From the NCBI GenBank assembly GCA_938091905.1, contig CALKOM010000007.1:1-60064 (forward strand): 60,064 bases of DNA, in the 5' to 3' direction. The position numbers and the translations under genes are program-made. How positions within the stretch are numbered: position 1 is the first letter of the stretch; each line of letters starts with the position of its first letter. Below, one piece after another: positions 30,727 to 41,348 of this stretch. Under the pieces are notes generated by a model. It did not search any database. It saw only the letters and a list, made by a program, of their open reading frames with translations, and was not told the origin of the DNA. The DNA comes from an uncultured Verrucomicrobiales bacterium. GTDB lineage: Bacteria > Verrucomicrobiota > Verrucomicrobiia > Verrucomicrobiales > DEV007.

Positions 30727-31809
30727 ATGGATTATTCCCCAATCATCGAGAAGAAACGGAGCCGCCTAGGCGAGCTTGAGGAGCAGATCGCCAACCCAGA
30801 CTTCTATTCCGATCCCAAGCGTGCAGGAGAGGTCATGCAAGAGCACAAACGTCTCAAGAGGTTGATCGAGATGGGCGCTGCTCACCATGAGTCTATCAAG
30901 GCTCTGGCAGACAATCGCGAACTGGCGAACGACGAAGACGAGGAAATGGCTGCCATGGCAGCTGAGGAAATTCCTGAACTCGAAGACAAGATTGAGCGCA
31001 TGGGCGCTGAAATCCAATATGCCCTCTTACCGCGGGACAAGACGGAGGATCGCGATGCCATTGTGGAAGTCCGCGCCGGTACTGGAGGCGACGAAGCCTC
31101 TCTATTCGCAGCAGACCTGATGCGAATGTACCAACGCTATGGCGAAGCGCGTGGCTGGAAAATCGAGCCTTTGGAAACGAGTCCTTCCGATGTTGGTGGC
31201 TTCAAGGAGATCACCTTCAAGGTGTCGGGTGAGGAAGTCTTTCGCTATTTGAAATATGAGAGCGGGGTCCATCGAGTACAGCGAGTGCCCGAAACGGAGA
31301 CTCAAGGCCGAGTCCACACGTCCACCGCCACCGTAGCTGTGCTTCCCGAGGCAGAAGACGTCGATGTGGAGCTAAAACAGGACGAAATCCGGATCGATGT
31401 CTGTCGGGCAGGCGGTCCAGGAGGCCAGGGCGTGAACACGACTGACTCTGCGGTTCAGGTCCTTCACATACCCACTGGTATGATCGTCCGGTGTCAGGAC
31501 GGGCGCAGCCAACAGAAGAACAAAGAGAAGGCCCTCACCATTCTGAGATCTAGGTTACTAGAAGCGGCCACTCAAGAGCAGGCCGACGAATACTCGTCAC
31601 AGCGTCGAAGCCTTATTGGAAGTGCCGGTCGAGAGGAGAAGATTCGCACCTACAATTTTCCACAGAATCGACTAACAGATCACCGCATTGGACTAACGCT
31701 GTATTCGCTTGAGCAAGTTATGCAGGGCCAGATTGAGGAACTCGTGGAGCAACTCCAAGCCTCAGATATCGAAGAACGCTTAAAAACAGAAGGCCTCGAG
31801 GTTTCCTGA
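30727..31809 (+). CDS. prfA: Peptide chain release factor 1
   Basis: GTGGDEA, ESGVHRVQRVPETE (PxT motif), GGQ and RTYNFPQNR. Confidence 0.97.
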   Translation: MDYSPIIEKKRSRLGELEEQIANPDFYSDPKRAGEVMQEHKRLKRLIEMGAAHHESIKALADNRELANDEDEEMAAMAAEEIPELEDKIERMGAEIQYALLPRDKTEDRDAIVEVRAGTGGDEASLFAADLMRMYQRYGEARGWKIEPLETSPSDVGGFKEITFKVSGEEVFRYLKYESGVHRVQRVPETETQGRVHTSTATVAVLPEAEDVDVELKQDEIRIDVCRAGGPGGQGVNTTDSAVQVLHIPTGMIVRCQDGRSQQKNKEKALTILRSRLLEAATQEQADEYSSQRRSLIGSAGREEKIRTYNFPQNRLTDHRIGLTLYSLEQVMQGQIEELVEQLQASDIEERLKTEGLEVS

Positions 31810-31822
31810 GCACACTCCCCCT

Positions 31823-32677
31823 GTGAAGACCGTCCTGGAAACGCTGCAAGGCGGCACAGCCTACTTAGAGAAACGTGGAGTGGCTGACGCCAGGCTGAAT
31901 ATGCAGTTGCTGCTCGCGGCCGAATTGGGGTGTTCCAAACTGGATCTCTACATGCAATTTGACCGCCCCTTGGGCGAAGATGAGCTCGCGCCTTTACGTG
32001 AACTCGTGAAACGCAGGGGCGCTCGGGAACCTCTTCAGCACCTTCTTGGCGAAGTGGAGTTCGCTGGACAGGTGTTCAAATGCGACGCTCGCGCGCTAAT
32101 CCCCCGTCCAGAGACAGAAGAACTTGTGTTAGATCTCATCAAGTCGCCACCCTTGCTGGCAGAGAGAGACCGAATCGTCGATGTGGGGACTGGCTCAGGG
32201 GTCATTGGCTTGTCCTTGGCACACTCATGGAAGGATCGCGGTTTGGACATTGTTCTCGTGGATCAACACGAGGCGCCGTTGACACTGGCCAAGGAGAATG
32301 CGGAAGCCCTTGAGCTGAGTTCCAGTGTGAACTTTGTTCAAAGTGACCTGTTAGAGAAAGCCCCGGGCCCCTTCAAGCTTATCGTCGCGAACTTGCCCTA
32401 CGTGACCAGCTCTGAAATGGCGGATGTTAGTGCAGAAGTGCTCCACGATCCCCCTACCGCCTTGGATGGTGGCGCTGACGGACTCGATCTGATTCGTCGG
32501 CTGATTGTCGATGCGGCCACCCATTTATCACCAGGAGGAAACATCTTACTTGAGATTGGAGCTGCTCAGGCCGATGCCACACAGATGCTTCTCAAAGACG
32601 GTCCTTTCAACGAAATCACCTGCCTCACTGACCTTTCTGGAAGGGATCGCTTTGTCAAAGCCTCAAGAACGAACTGA
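31823..32677 (+). CDS. prmC: Release factor glutamine methyltransferase
   Basis: EPLQH, LIPRPETE, DVGTGSG, ANLPY and ALDGG.DGL; directly follows prfA. Confidence 0.95.
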   Translation: MKTVLETLQGGTAYLEKRGVADARLNMQLLLAAELGCSKLDLYMQFDRPLGEDELAPLRELVKRRGAREPLQHLLGEVEFAGQVFKCDARALIPRPETEELVLDLIKSPPLLAERDRIVDVGTGSGVIGLSLAHSWKDRGLDIVLVDQHEAPLTLAKENAEALELSSSVNFVQSDLLEKAPGPFKLIVANLPYVTSSEMADVSAEVLHDPPTALDGGADGLDLIRRLIVDAATHLSPGGNILLEIGAAQADATQMLLKDGPFNEITCLTDLSGRDRFVKASRTN

Positions 32678-32686
32678 ATCGCCTCA

Positions 32687-33955
32687 ATGGAAAAGCTAAT
32701 TGTCACCGGTGGCCCTCCTAGTTTAAAGGGCACTATCAATGTCAGTGGGTCGAAGAACTCTTCGCTTCCAATACTCGCGGCCACCCTACTTACTAAGGAT
32801 CAATGCGTCATTCGCAGGGTGCCAGATGTAAGCGATGCCAACTACATGCTGCAGATCCTAAGTCAATTAGGTGCCGACGTTGAACGCGCCAGCGGTAACG
32901 TTATCGTTTCCGCGGAAAAAATAAGCCACCAGACACCGTATGACATTGTTCGAAAGATGCGCGCATCTGTCTGTATGATGGGTCCGCTCGTTGCTCGGTT
33001 AGGGAAGGCGGAAGTTTCCCTTCCTGGAGGATGCGTCATTGGCGATCGCCCGATTGACCTGCATCTTCACGCGCTGAAAGAGCTCGGTGCCAAGGTCGAC
33101 GTCACGGGCGGCTACGTGATCATCGATGTCCCCAAGGATCTCGAAGGCAAGGAAATTAACCTTCGTGGTAAGTTCGGTTCTACCGTCCTGGGCACAGACA
33201 ATCTCATGATGGCGGCGACGCTGGCCAAGGGGACTACCATCATCGAGGGTGCCGCAGCAGAACCAGAGGTGATTGATCTGGCTGATTTCCTCAACAAAAT
33301 GGGCGCGAAAATCACTGGCGCTGGCACGCGTCGTATTGAGATCGAGGGCGTTTCTGAACTGCATGGTGCTGAGCACACAGTCATTCCTGACCGGATTGAA
33401 GCTGGCACCTTCCTGGTTGCTGCCGCTATGGCTGCCGAGAAGAGTTTGAACATCAATCGCGTGCGCGCGGATCACTTAAAAGCGGTCATCGAGGTCATCG
33501 AAGCTTCAGGCCATGTAGTCACCGTATCGGGAGAGAGCATCGAAGTCACCCGCACGAACAACTCGCGCGGCGCTAAGATCCAGACCGGCCCTTACCCTGA
33601 GTTCCCAACGGACATGCAGGCACAGATGACAGCTCTTCTGGTGATCTCCGACGGTATTAGCACGGTTGTAGACACGATCTTCCCTGAGCGGTTCATGCAT
33701 CTGCCTGAGCTCCAGCGCATGGGCGCTGTGGTCGAACGCCAGGGAAACACGGCCATCGTTGAGGGGCCGGCATCACTCACTGGGGCCCCGGTGATGGCCA
33801 GTGACCTGCGGGCCTCCGCAGCGCTTGTTCTCGCCGGGATGCGGGCTAAGGGCGAGACCGAAATCAACCGCCTTTATCACATCGACCGGGGGTATGAGCA
33901 CATTGATGAGAAACTCATTGGAGTTGGGGCTCGGATGGAGCGGAAGCGAGTATGA
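32687..33955 (+). CDS. murA: UDP-N-acetylglucosamine 1-carboxyvinyltransferase
   Basis: GSKN, MRAS, LPGGC.IG.RP (catalytic Cys retained), [18 protein letters not shown] and IDRGYE. Confidence 0.97.
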   Translation: MEKLIVTGGPPSLKGTINVSGSKNSSLPILAATLLTKDQCVIRRVPDVSDANYMLQILSQLGADVERASGNVIVSAEKISHQTPYDIVRKMRASVCMMGPLVARLGKAEVSLPGGCVIGDRPIDLHLHALKELGAKVDVTGGYVIIDVPKDLEGKEINLRGKFGSTVLGTDNLMMAATLAKGTTIIEGAAAEPEVIDLADFLNKMGAKITGAGTRRIEIEGVSELHGAEHTVIPDRIEAGTFLVAAAMAAEKSLNINRVRADHLKAVIEVIEASGHVVTVSGESIEVTRTNNSRGAKIQTGPYPEFPTDMQAQMTALLVISDGISTVVDTIFPERFMHLPELQRMGAVVERQGNTAIVEGPASLTGAPVMASDLRASAALVLAGMRAKGETEINRLYHIDRGYEHIDEKLIGVGARMERKRV

Positions 33956-34066
33956 ATCGTGGACTTGCCACCAGCCAAACCATCAATAAATTCCTTTGCG
34001 TGACCGCGATGGATTGTAAGGTCGCCTGAATTACTAAGTAATCTCAGACTCGCAGTTTTCCCATAA

Positions 34067-35629
34067 ATGGCAGATCTATTCTTCAGATGCCCCCGATGCG
34101 ATGGCCACCTCGTAGTCGATGATCGAGGAGCTGGGCTTGAGCTCCCCTGCCCATTCTGTTCCGCTACTGTCCAGATTCCTACCGAGAGTCAGACAAGTTC
34201 TCCGGAAAAAGGGTCTCGAAATCGCGTTCAAGGAGAGTCCAAAGCCATGGCTTCCTCTCCCACATCAGCTGGATCGTCCAATCGTGGTGCAACAGAACAC
34301 CATGAACGTCGTCGACTTGCATCAATGATGTCTCCTGACGACGACACTGCCCCCTCTGAGCGAGGGACCAGAAGTGGCCTGCCATCGGGAAGGAATCAGG
34401 CGCTTCGTACCGCTGATGATCTTCGTAAAGCTTCCTCGGAAGGTGATTCGTCTTCTGATCTTGATTCCCAATTCCAAGAGTTGATTCGTAAGGAGATTGT
34501 TAGGTTGCAAGCCGGTGAAACTGGAACGGCCTCCGCAGAGGTTGCAGAACCTCAAACGCCACTCAAAGAAGCCCGACGCAAGCCGCTGCCCCCTCTTGCT
34601 CAGCATGCCGAAGTCGTTCCGTCTGAGCACGCAGGGGGGGCTTCAGTCAGTACCAGTTCGGATACGCAGCCGGAACGAATCAAGCGTCAGCGGCCTGAGT
34701 CCGTGGGAGCCTCTCTCCCGCCGCTCGTGACACTGGACTCCATGGAGCTAGACTCAGAGGTCGCGAAACACTGGGGCGATCAGGCGGTGGTCAAAACGGG
34801 AAACCTTAACTGGGTGGCACTCGTGTTCATTCTCGCTGCTCTTGGACTAGGGGGCTACTTTGGCTACCATGGTTACCAACAGTGGTCGACCAATCAAGAC
34901 GGACCTGTAGAAGAGCCGAAGGTCACCCCGATCAATCAGAAAGAAGTGCCGCCAAGCGCCGCCCCCGAAGCTCAACCAGTTTTGGCTGCGCTTCAAAAAT
35001 TTCATGAGGCCATTTCGCCTGAAGCAAAGTCCGTTTCCGTTCGTAACCGCGAATCAGTCCTGCCACTAATGCAGGAGTATTACGCTCTCACCAACGTTGA
35101 ATCTCGACTTATCGACAAAACGTCTCTACGGTTCGATAAACGACTTATAGGCAAAACTTACTTTCACACCGTGAGCGGAGAGTATTCTGAAACATTGCGT
35201 CCGTTTTACGCAGATTTCGAAGAAAGACCCAATAGTAACTATCTGTTAGACTGGGAAAGCTGGGTCGGTCATAGTAACATGACTCTTGAGTCCTTTGCAG
35301 AGCAAGGTCTAACGGACGCCAAAGTATTTCGAGTTTGGGTCGAAGTCCAAGACTACTATCGCTATGACTATGCTGATGCAGCAACGTATCGGAGCTACCT
35401 GATTAAGGACAAGAGCGGGAAAGTTCCTCTCTATGGGTATGCTGAGGTTGGCACTCCCGATGGGGAGATGATGATAAGGCTGTTCCGTGAGCTAAAAAAA
35501 CAGGGAGAGAAGCAGCGAGCTCGCCTCATGCTCGCACTTCAGTTCGCTCCAGACGCAGACAAGCGTCGGGGGCAGGTGATTATCAGTCGACTAGTCAACG
35601 ATTCTTGGATCGAACAGCCAGGTCAGTGA
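34067..35629 (+). CDS. Hypothetical membrane protein with N-terminal zinc ribbon, paralog of 1058..2602
   Basis: CPRC..CPFC, a disordered linker, a TM segment (WVALVFILAALGLGGYFGY) and a C-terminal YLLDWE domain. Confidence 0.82.
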   Translation: MADLFFRCPRCDGHLVVDDRGAGLELPCPFCSATVQIPTESQTSSPEKGSRNRVQGESKAMASSPTSAGSSNRGATEHHERRRLASMMSPDDDTAPSERGTRSGLPSGRNQALRTADDLRKASSEGDSSSDLDSQFQELIRKEIVRLQAGETGTASAEVAEPQTPLKEARRKPLPPLAQHAEVVPSEHAGGASVSTSSDTQPERIKRQRPESVGASLPPLVTLDSMELDSEVAKHWGDQAVVKTGNLNWVALVFILAALGLGGYFGYHGYQQWSTNQDGPVEEPKVTPINQKEVPPSAAPEAQPVLAALQKFHEAISPEAKSVSVRNRESVLPLMQEYYALTNVESRLIDKTSLRFDKRLIGKTYFHTVSGEYSETLRPFYADFEERPNSNYLLDWESWVGHSNMTLESFAEQGLTDAKVFRVWVEVQDYYRYDYADAATYRSYLIKDKSGKVPLYGYAEVGTPDGEMMIRLFRELKKQGEKQRARLMLALQFAPDADKRRGQVIISRLVNDSWIEQPGQ

Positions 35630-35725
35630 GCTTAATAAAACGGTTCTTTACAAAGGTTGGCAATTTGACCTTTTCTTGTATTTGAGGAAGACAATCTTCC
35701 GCAGGGATGCTAGATTTGCCCTGTT

Positions 35726-36391
35726 ATGCCTGCCAACACCGAAGAAAGGCCACTTGCCAACGATCCAAACTGGAAAGCCGCCTACCAGAAAACTCGCCGC
35801 AGCCTGATCGAGCGCTTGGATAATTGGGAGGACCAGAAGACTTGGGATGAATTCTACAAAACCTATTGGAGACTAATTTATAGCGTGGCTACTCGGGCAG
35901 GGCTGCGTTCGGAGGAGGCTTTTGATGCTGTTCAAGAGACCATCTTGAGTATCGCCAAGCAGTCGAAGCACAAGAAGTATGATCCCGATGCTGGCTCCTT
36001 TAAGTCGTGGCTCATGAACATGACGCGCTGGCGAATCGCAGATCAATTTCGGAAGCGAGCCAAAGATACGGCCTCCCTGTATGCTCAGGCGGACGATGAC
36101 CGACGAACAGCTGTCCTCGACCGTGTAGAAGATCCTGCGCCTGCTCCGCTAGATCGTATGTGGGAAGAAGAGTGGCAAAAAAACCTGGCAGAGACTGCTC
36201 TAGCAAAAGTCAAGAGTCGTGTTTCCCCCAAGCAATTCCAAATCTTCGATTGTTATGTGATCAAGGGATGGGATGTCAAGAAGGTGCAGACCGATCTCGG
36301 AGTAAGCATGGCGCAAGTCTATCTGGCCAAACACCGGGTCGGCGGCCTCATCAAGAAAGAAGTTGAGGGACTCCAACAACAGCTTATTTGA
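35726..36391 (+). CDS. ECF RNA polymerase sigma factor (PVC kinase-associated type)
   Basis: TR.SLIERL..W.DQ.TW.EF...Y, DAVQET, YDP..GSFKSWL and a sigma4 end VYLAKHRV. Confidence 0.92.
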   Translation: MPANTEERPLANDPNWKAAYQKTRRSLIERLDNWEDQKTWDEFYKTYWRLIYSVATRAGLRSEEAFDAVQETILSIAKQSKHKKYDPDAGSFKSWLMNMTRWRIADQFRKRAKDTASLYAQADDDRRTAVLDRVEDPAPAPLDRMWEEEWQKNLAETALAKVKSRVSPKQFQIFDCYVIKGWDVKKVQTDLGVSMAQVYLAKHRVGGLIKKEVEGLQQQLI

Positions 36392-38033
36392 AGAGGCTCT
36401 TTTTGCGCCGACTATTCCAGACTATCAGTTAGTCCGGAAAATCGGAGGTGGTGCCTACGGACAGGTTTGGATGGCACTCAGTGTCACTGGAGCTTACAGG
36501 GCAGTCAAGATCGTCGCCAGGGAGGACTTCCGATTCGAAAAAACCTTCGAGCGAGAGTTTGAAGGAATCAAACATTTCGAGCCGATCTCTAGAGCCCATT
36601 CCGGACTGGTGGACGTCCTTCACGTCGGTCGGTCCTTCGAGGAGAACTTTTACTACTATGTCATGGAGCTGGCGGACGATCGCGGTGCCGTCCCAGGGGT
36701 CTTTGATCCGTACACTTACGAGCCCAGAACCTTGCGCTCAGACATGCTTGCCTCGGGACCTATCAATGTCACGGAGAGTATTCATATTGGAACTGCCCTG
36801 GCAGAGTCATTGCATTATCTCCATGCCCGCGGCCTTTCGCATCGAGATGTGAAACCATCCAACGTCATCTTTGTCGATGGCGAACCCAAGCTGGCAGACA
36901 TTGGATTGGTGGCAGAGAGTGGACAGCAAACATTCGTGGGTACGGAGGGCTTTGTGCCGCCTGAAGGCCCGGGAACGGCCAAGGCAGACATTTATAGCCT
37001 AGGAATGGTGCTGTACGAACTAACCACGGGAAAGGACCGCTTGGACTTCCCAGAGCTTCCATACGACTTAGAGGTTTCCGCAGCCGATCGCCAGGACTGG
37101 CATGCTCTGAACGGAATCATTTGTCGGTGCTGTACGGCAGATCAGGCGCAAAGATACCAGACGGCTTCTGACTTGGCGGTGCATCTTGCCCATGTTCAGA
37201 CTCGGACTAGCGACTGGCAAACACGGCTGAAACAACCGTTTTTTCGTAATGCTTCCACCGCCCTTCTCCTGCTGGCCATTGGGTTGGGGATTGCTTCTCT
37301 CACTAAAGGCCCAGTCCCCACTTCAGCAATGCGAGCCGAAGCACGGTCTGAGAAGCCATTCGAGCCGTCCCCTCCCATTGCGCAAAAACTCCCCTCCGAG
37401 TCCACTCCTCGAGAGTTGTTAGGCACTCGAATGGTCACGACGATGGCTGACGATGCCTATTTTTACACTAAACAAGGACGTGAGATTGGCAGGCTTCCAC
37501 TTTCGCTAAATCAGTTGGGCAGACTAACAGATGATAAGGGAATCGTTTCAGCGCCAGGTTACGGTGAGAAGGACGTCGGCATCGCCCAACTGATTAATAC
37601 CAAGCCATTAGATCAGCCTATTTCCATTGCTCTGAGCCGATCTCCTGAGCCTCAGCGAGGATGGACAAGCCCACTTGGAATCGTGTTTCGATATGATGTC
37701 TCCAGAAGACGACACCTCTCCGTCTGGCCGCTGGGAATGAAAGCCTTTGAACAATTTCGAGAGCAAACACCTGAGGGTAAGATCACTTCGAAGAATTTAG
37801 CACAAGCCGTTTCAAAAAAACTCTTTCCTGGCTCTGAAGGACTCGAGGAACACCTCGTCCTTACTACCAATGACTTGGCGGAACGCTTCTGCGACTGGCT
37901 AAGTATGGAACCCGAGTCGAAGGGCTGGCTGCGCGAGAACCAGCGCTACCGCCCCATCATGAAGCCAGTGTTTACAGGACGCGCAGCAGGCTCTGCTCTT
38001 CAGCTTGTTTACTGCGAAATAGCGAACCAGTAG
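36363..38033 (+). CDS. Membrane Ser/Thr protein kinase (Hanks type)
   Basis: IGGGAYGQVW, AVK, HRDVKPSN, DIG in place of DFG, GT.GF.PPE, DIYSLG and a TM segment. The TTG start overlapping the sigma gene is uncertain. Confidence 0.92.
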   Translation: MRDSNNSLFEEALFAPTIPDYQLVRKIGGGAYGQVWMALSVTGAYRAVKIVAREDFRFEKTFEREFEGIKHFEPISRAHSGLVDVLHVGRSFEENFYYYVMELADDRGAVPGVFDPYTYEPRTLRSDMLASGPINVTESIHIGTALAESLHYLHARGLSHRDVKPSNVIFVDGEPKLADIGLVAESGQQTFVGTEGFVPPEGPGTAKADIYSLGMVLYELTTGKDRLDFPELPYDLEVSAADRQDWHALNGIICRCCTADQAQRYQTASDLAVHLAHVQTRTSDWQTRLKQPFFRNASTALLLLAIGLGIASLTKGPVPTSAMRAEARSEKPFEPSPPIAQKLPSESTPRELLGTRMVTTMADDAYFYTKQGREIGRLPLSLNQLGRLTDDKGIVSAPGYGEKDVGIAQLINTKPLDQPISIALSRSPEPQRGWTSPLGIVFRYDVSRRRHLSVWPLGMKAFEQFREQTPEGKITSKNLAQAVSKKLFPGSEGLEEHLVLTTNDLAERFCDWLSMEPESKGWLRENQRYRPIMKPVFTGRAAGSALQLVYCEIANQ

Positions 38034-38038
38034 GCCGC

Positions 38039-39049
38039 CTAGGATTCAGTTTGCTGAGGCAATACCCCGCCATTGAGTTCCGTTAGTGCCTTGGCGAGTT
38101 CGTTCTCCAGGCTTGCCAGCCACGAGGTAATTTCTTTGTAGTTCGGATGATCACGGATCACGTCGAGCATAAGCGGAAGCGCCTCGGCCTGAAACCCGTA
38201 CTCTACCAAATCCTCACACATCTCCCATTTTAATTCTGGTAGGTCCTCGTTTTGAAACTCCTCGTATGGATCTTTCTCTTCTTTGGCTTCGGCCTTGTAG
38301 TCGTCTGTATTCTTCTTGTCCCCTTTCCGGCGATCTTCGCGCTCCTTTTCGCGCTCTTCCTTCAATCGTCCTGCTTTCGCTAGCCCATGATACTGTTTAA
38401 TGTGCCGGATCTTGGACGTCCAACCATCTACCAGACGAGGGTCCCGATGCTTTCGCATGTGGGGAAGGATACCCTGATCGTAGATACCTTTTATATTGGT
38501 GGGGCTCATCTCCCAGTCCCCTGGATCAATCGTGTTCTCTATCTTGGCAAACTCGGTAAATATGGAGGAATCACAGTCCTCCAGGTGTTCAAATCCACGA
38601 CCGTCTAACTCTAGCATACTATCGATAAAACTGACGAGCGGCTTCATCATGTCGCGACGGTCTTCGACCTGAGCTGCCTTGATCGTTAGAATCAAGTAAC
38701 GTAACTCCATCTGCTTGGCCTCGCGATGGTAGACCTGGTTGAAGGTGTCATCCTTGCCTTCCCGATACTTTCGCCAAGCCTCGGCCCGCTTGCCTTCATC
38801 TGTGAACCGCAGTTTCTTTAAACACGATAGGTAGAAGGCATTCGCTGCAACAGGGCTGGCCGCATGTTGGGTAAAACCTTTCAAGGCACTCCCATTCTGC
38901 TTAGAATTTCGTGCCATCACCGCCTTTTTAATCGACTGGAGCGACTTCATGATCTTTTCCACTTCCTTCTTCTCAAGCTTATCAGCCTGAACAGGATTAA
39001 CGCAGGCCAAACCGATGAGAACGCCAGTCAGTAATCTGAGATTTCGCAT
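38039..39049 (-). CDS. Hypothetical exported protein
   Basis: ATG 39049 gives a signal peptide (MRNLRLLTGVLIGLACVNPVQA) followed by a helical charged body. Confidence 0.75.
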   Translation of the reverse strand: MRNLRLLTGVLIGLACVNPVQADKLEKKEVEKIMKSLQSIKKAVMARNSKQNGSALKGFTQHAASPVAANAFYLSCLKKLRFTDEGKRAEAWRKYREGKDDTFNQVYHREAKQMELRYLILTIKAAQVEDRRDMMKPLVSFIDSMLELDGRGFEHLEDCDSSIFTEFAKIENTIDPGDWEMSPTNIKGIYDQGILPHMRKHRDPRLVDGWTSKIRHIKQYHGLAKAGRLKEEREKEREDRRKGDKKNTDDYKAEAKEEKDPYEEFQNEDLPELKWEMCEDLVEYGFQAEALPLMLDVIRDHPNYKEITSWLASLENELAKALTELNGGVLPQQTES

Positions 39050-39220
39050 GACGAGGACTCTAGTTGGGGCCCGAGGGATATGCAATCCCCTCAGACGTAG
39101 TGTTTGTGGCGAGATCCACTGCCCACGAAGATGGCTCGTGCGGAGTGTTGGCAATTCTTCTAGCAAGACGGGCGGTCACCTCCTATACGTCCTCTAGACA
39201 ACCCGCCTATATCCTATCCC

Positions 39221-40297
39221 GTGCCCCTTACTGCCATCCGCCAGAAGATCGATGCCCTCGACGATCAACTCATCGCGCTCCTTAACGACCGCGCGGAGCT
39301 CGTGCACCAGGTTGGCGAGATTAAGAAGAAAGATGGCCTAGAGATTTATGCTCCGGAGCGGGAGGAATCTCTTCTCCAGGGCCTCGTCGCCAAGAGCCGT
39401 GGTCGACTTCCTGAGAAGTCCATTCGTGCCATCTATCGGGAAGTGATGTCGGCAGCGCTTGCCCTCGAGCAAGACCTGGGCATCGCCTACCTGGGGCCAG
39501 AAGGCACCTGGACTCATCAGGCAGCCATCAGCAAGTTTGGGCACAGTGTTCGTTACGTTTCCCAAACTAGCTTCTCAGACGTCTTCAATCAGGTCGCCCG
39601 GCGCATTGCAGATTACGGTGTAGTGCCAATAGAGAACTCGACTGAAGGCGCCGTAAACCACACGCTCGACCTCTTCGCGGATTCTCCTCTGAAGATCTGT
39701 GCTCAGGTTCTATTGAGAATCGAGAATGCTCTCATGGCCAATGGTCCGCGCGAAGAAATCAAACGTCTCTACTCACATCCCCAAGTATTTGGGCAATGCC
39801 GCACTTGGCTCCGAGAGAACTTTCCTGACGCCGACCAAATAGAGGTCTCTAGTACCACACGTGCTGCCCAGATAGCCTCCCAAGAATGCAACGCAGCAGC
39901 TCTTGGCGGCAAGCTAGCTGCGGACCTGTACGGGCTGACCGTCTTGGAGGCGAGCGTCCAAGATAGCGCGACGAATACCACCCGCTTTCTCGTCCTCGGT
40001 CACAAGACTTGTCCCCCAACGGGCAAAGATCGCACGTCGATAATGTTTTCTGTTAGAGACAAGCCAGGCTCATTGTATTACGCCCTCACCCCGTTCAACA
40101 GTTTCAACATTAACCTGTCAAAGATCGAGAGTCGCCCCTCGAAGCGTAAAGACTGGGAATACTTCTTCTTTGTCGATATCAAAGGGCATTGTGAGGATCC
40201 CGATCTTCTCAAAGCGCTTTCCGAACTGGAAGAGCACTGCAGCTTCATGAAGATCTTGGGCAGCTATCCTGACACTGTCGCCGTAACGATCAATTAG
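39221..40297 (+). CDS. pheA: Chorismate mutase / prephenate dehydratase (P-protein)
   Basis: CM domain IRQKIDALD, AYLGPEGT, PIENSTEG, SHPQ, NTTRF and ACT domain ESRP. Confidence 0.96.
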   Translation: MPLTAIRQKIDALDDQLIALLNDRAELVHQVGEIKKKDGLEIYAPEREESLLQGLVAKSRGRLPEKSIRAIYREVMSAALALEQDLGIAYLGPEGTWTHQAAISKFGHSVRYVSQTSFSDVFNQVARRIADYGVVPIENSTEGAVNHTLDLFADSPLKICAQVLLRIENALMANGPREEIKRLYSHPQVFGQCRTWLRENFPDADQIEVSSTTRAAQIASQECNAAALGGKLAADLYGLTVLEASVQDSATNTTRFLVLGHKTCPPTGKDRTSIMFSVRDKPGSLYYALTPFNSFNINLSKIESRPSKRKDWEYFFFVDIKGHCEDPDLLKALSELEEHCSFMKILGSYPDTVAVTIN

Positions 40298-40306
40298 GCG
40301 CCTAGG

Positions 40307-41266
40307 CTAGGCCAAACCAAAGACGTTCTGCATCTGCTCACGCACTTTCGTCAGGCGCTTCACGTCACCACCGCCAACCTCTGCGGTGGCCCAACCTGTG
40401 AAATTGATGTCTGCAAGCCCTTGGCGCACCTGATCCCAGGGCAGGTCCCCTTCTCCAATTTCAGTAAACTTGTTCCTGGCGCGGCTAAAGCCTTTCACAT
40501 CGAGCTTAAAACAGCGGTGTCCAAAGGCGCGGATCCACTCTCCTGGCTGGCCATACTTCCAGTGGTTGCCGATATCGTAGTACATTCCGACCCAAGGGCT
40601 CTGGAAACTATCGACAAAATCGACAAAGCGCTCAGCCCCTTGATCAGGCGACCCACCGTGGTCGTAGAACATCTGGTTCCACACATTCTCAATGAGAATC
40701 GGCTGTCCTAACGAGGCCGCCAGAGGCAACAGTGCCTTGATCTCCTCCCGACAACGCTCTTCGACTTCTTGACGTGTCCCGTCGCCGCCCTTCCCAACCA
40801 CGATGAGCACCCCGGAACCACCCACCGCATGCCCCAGTCGGAGGCAGTGTTCAATGTTCGCACGTCCCTTGGCGCGAATGGCCGGATCAGAATGGGTCAG
40901 CGTGTCTTTCCAATGGGCATGGTTGATCGCATTGTGAGCAAAGACGCCCGTTTCCTGCACAGCCGTCTTGGCAGCCTCAACCGTGTGTTCGCCCGCTTGA
41001 TCGAAATCCACGCCATCGAGGCCTGCTTCCTTTGCCATCAGTAGGCGCTGGTTCAACGTCAGTTCTTTCCCATCGATCTTCTTCGGAATCATCCCCAACT
41101 TCACGGATAGCAAGATGCGTTTACCCGAAGCCGGAGGGCGAACAGTCCCGTCTGCGGAAGAAGCCGCCTCTTTATGGTGTTCGGCCTGTAGGCTGCCGGG
41201 GAGCATCGTCGTCGCTGCAGCTGCAGCCCCTATTGTGAGGAATTGTCGTCGATCCGCTTTTGTCAT
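40307..41266 (-). CDS. Tat-exported sugar phosphate isomerase/epimerase (xylose-isomerase-like TIM barrel)
   Basis: DRRQFL Tat motif, IENVWN, YYDIGN, KLDVK, IGEGD.PW and WATAEV. Confidence 0.88.
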   Translation of the reverse strand: MTKADRRQFLTIGAAAAATTMLPGSLQAEHHKEAASSADGTVRPPASGKRILLSVKLGMIPKKIDGKELTLNQRLLMAKEAGLDGVDFDQAGEHTVEAAKTAVQETGVFAHNAINHAHWKDTLTHSDPAIRAKGRANIEHCLRLGHAVGGSGVLIVVGKGGDGTRQEVEERCREEIKALLPLAASLGQPILIENVWNQMFYDHGGSPDQGAERFVDFVDSFQSPWVGMYYDIGNHWKYGQPGEWIRAFGHRCFKLDVKGFSRARNKFTEIGEGDLPWDQVRQGLADINFTGWATAEVGGGDVKRLTKVREQMQNVFGLA

Positions 41267-41348
41267 TATCCAATGACAGGGCATTTCACTCAAGAACGCA
41301 AGGACTCTTCTGGCTTGCTCTCCTCGTATTTGAGGGCTTGATAGAGAG

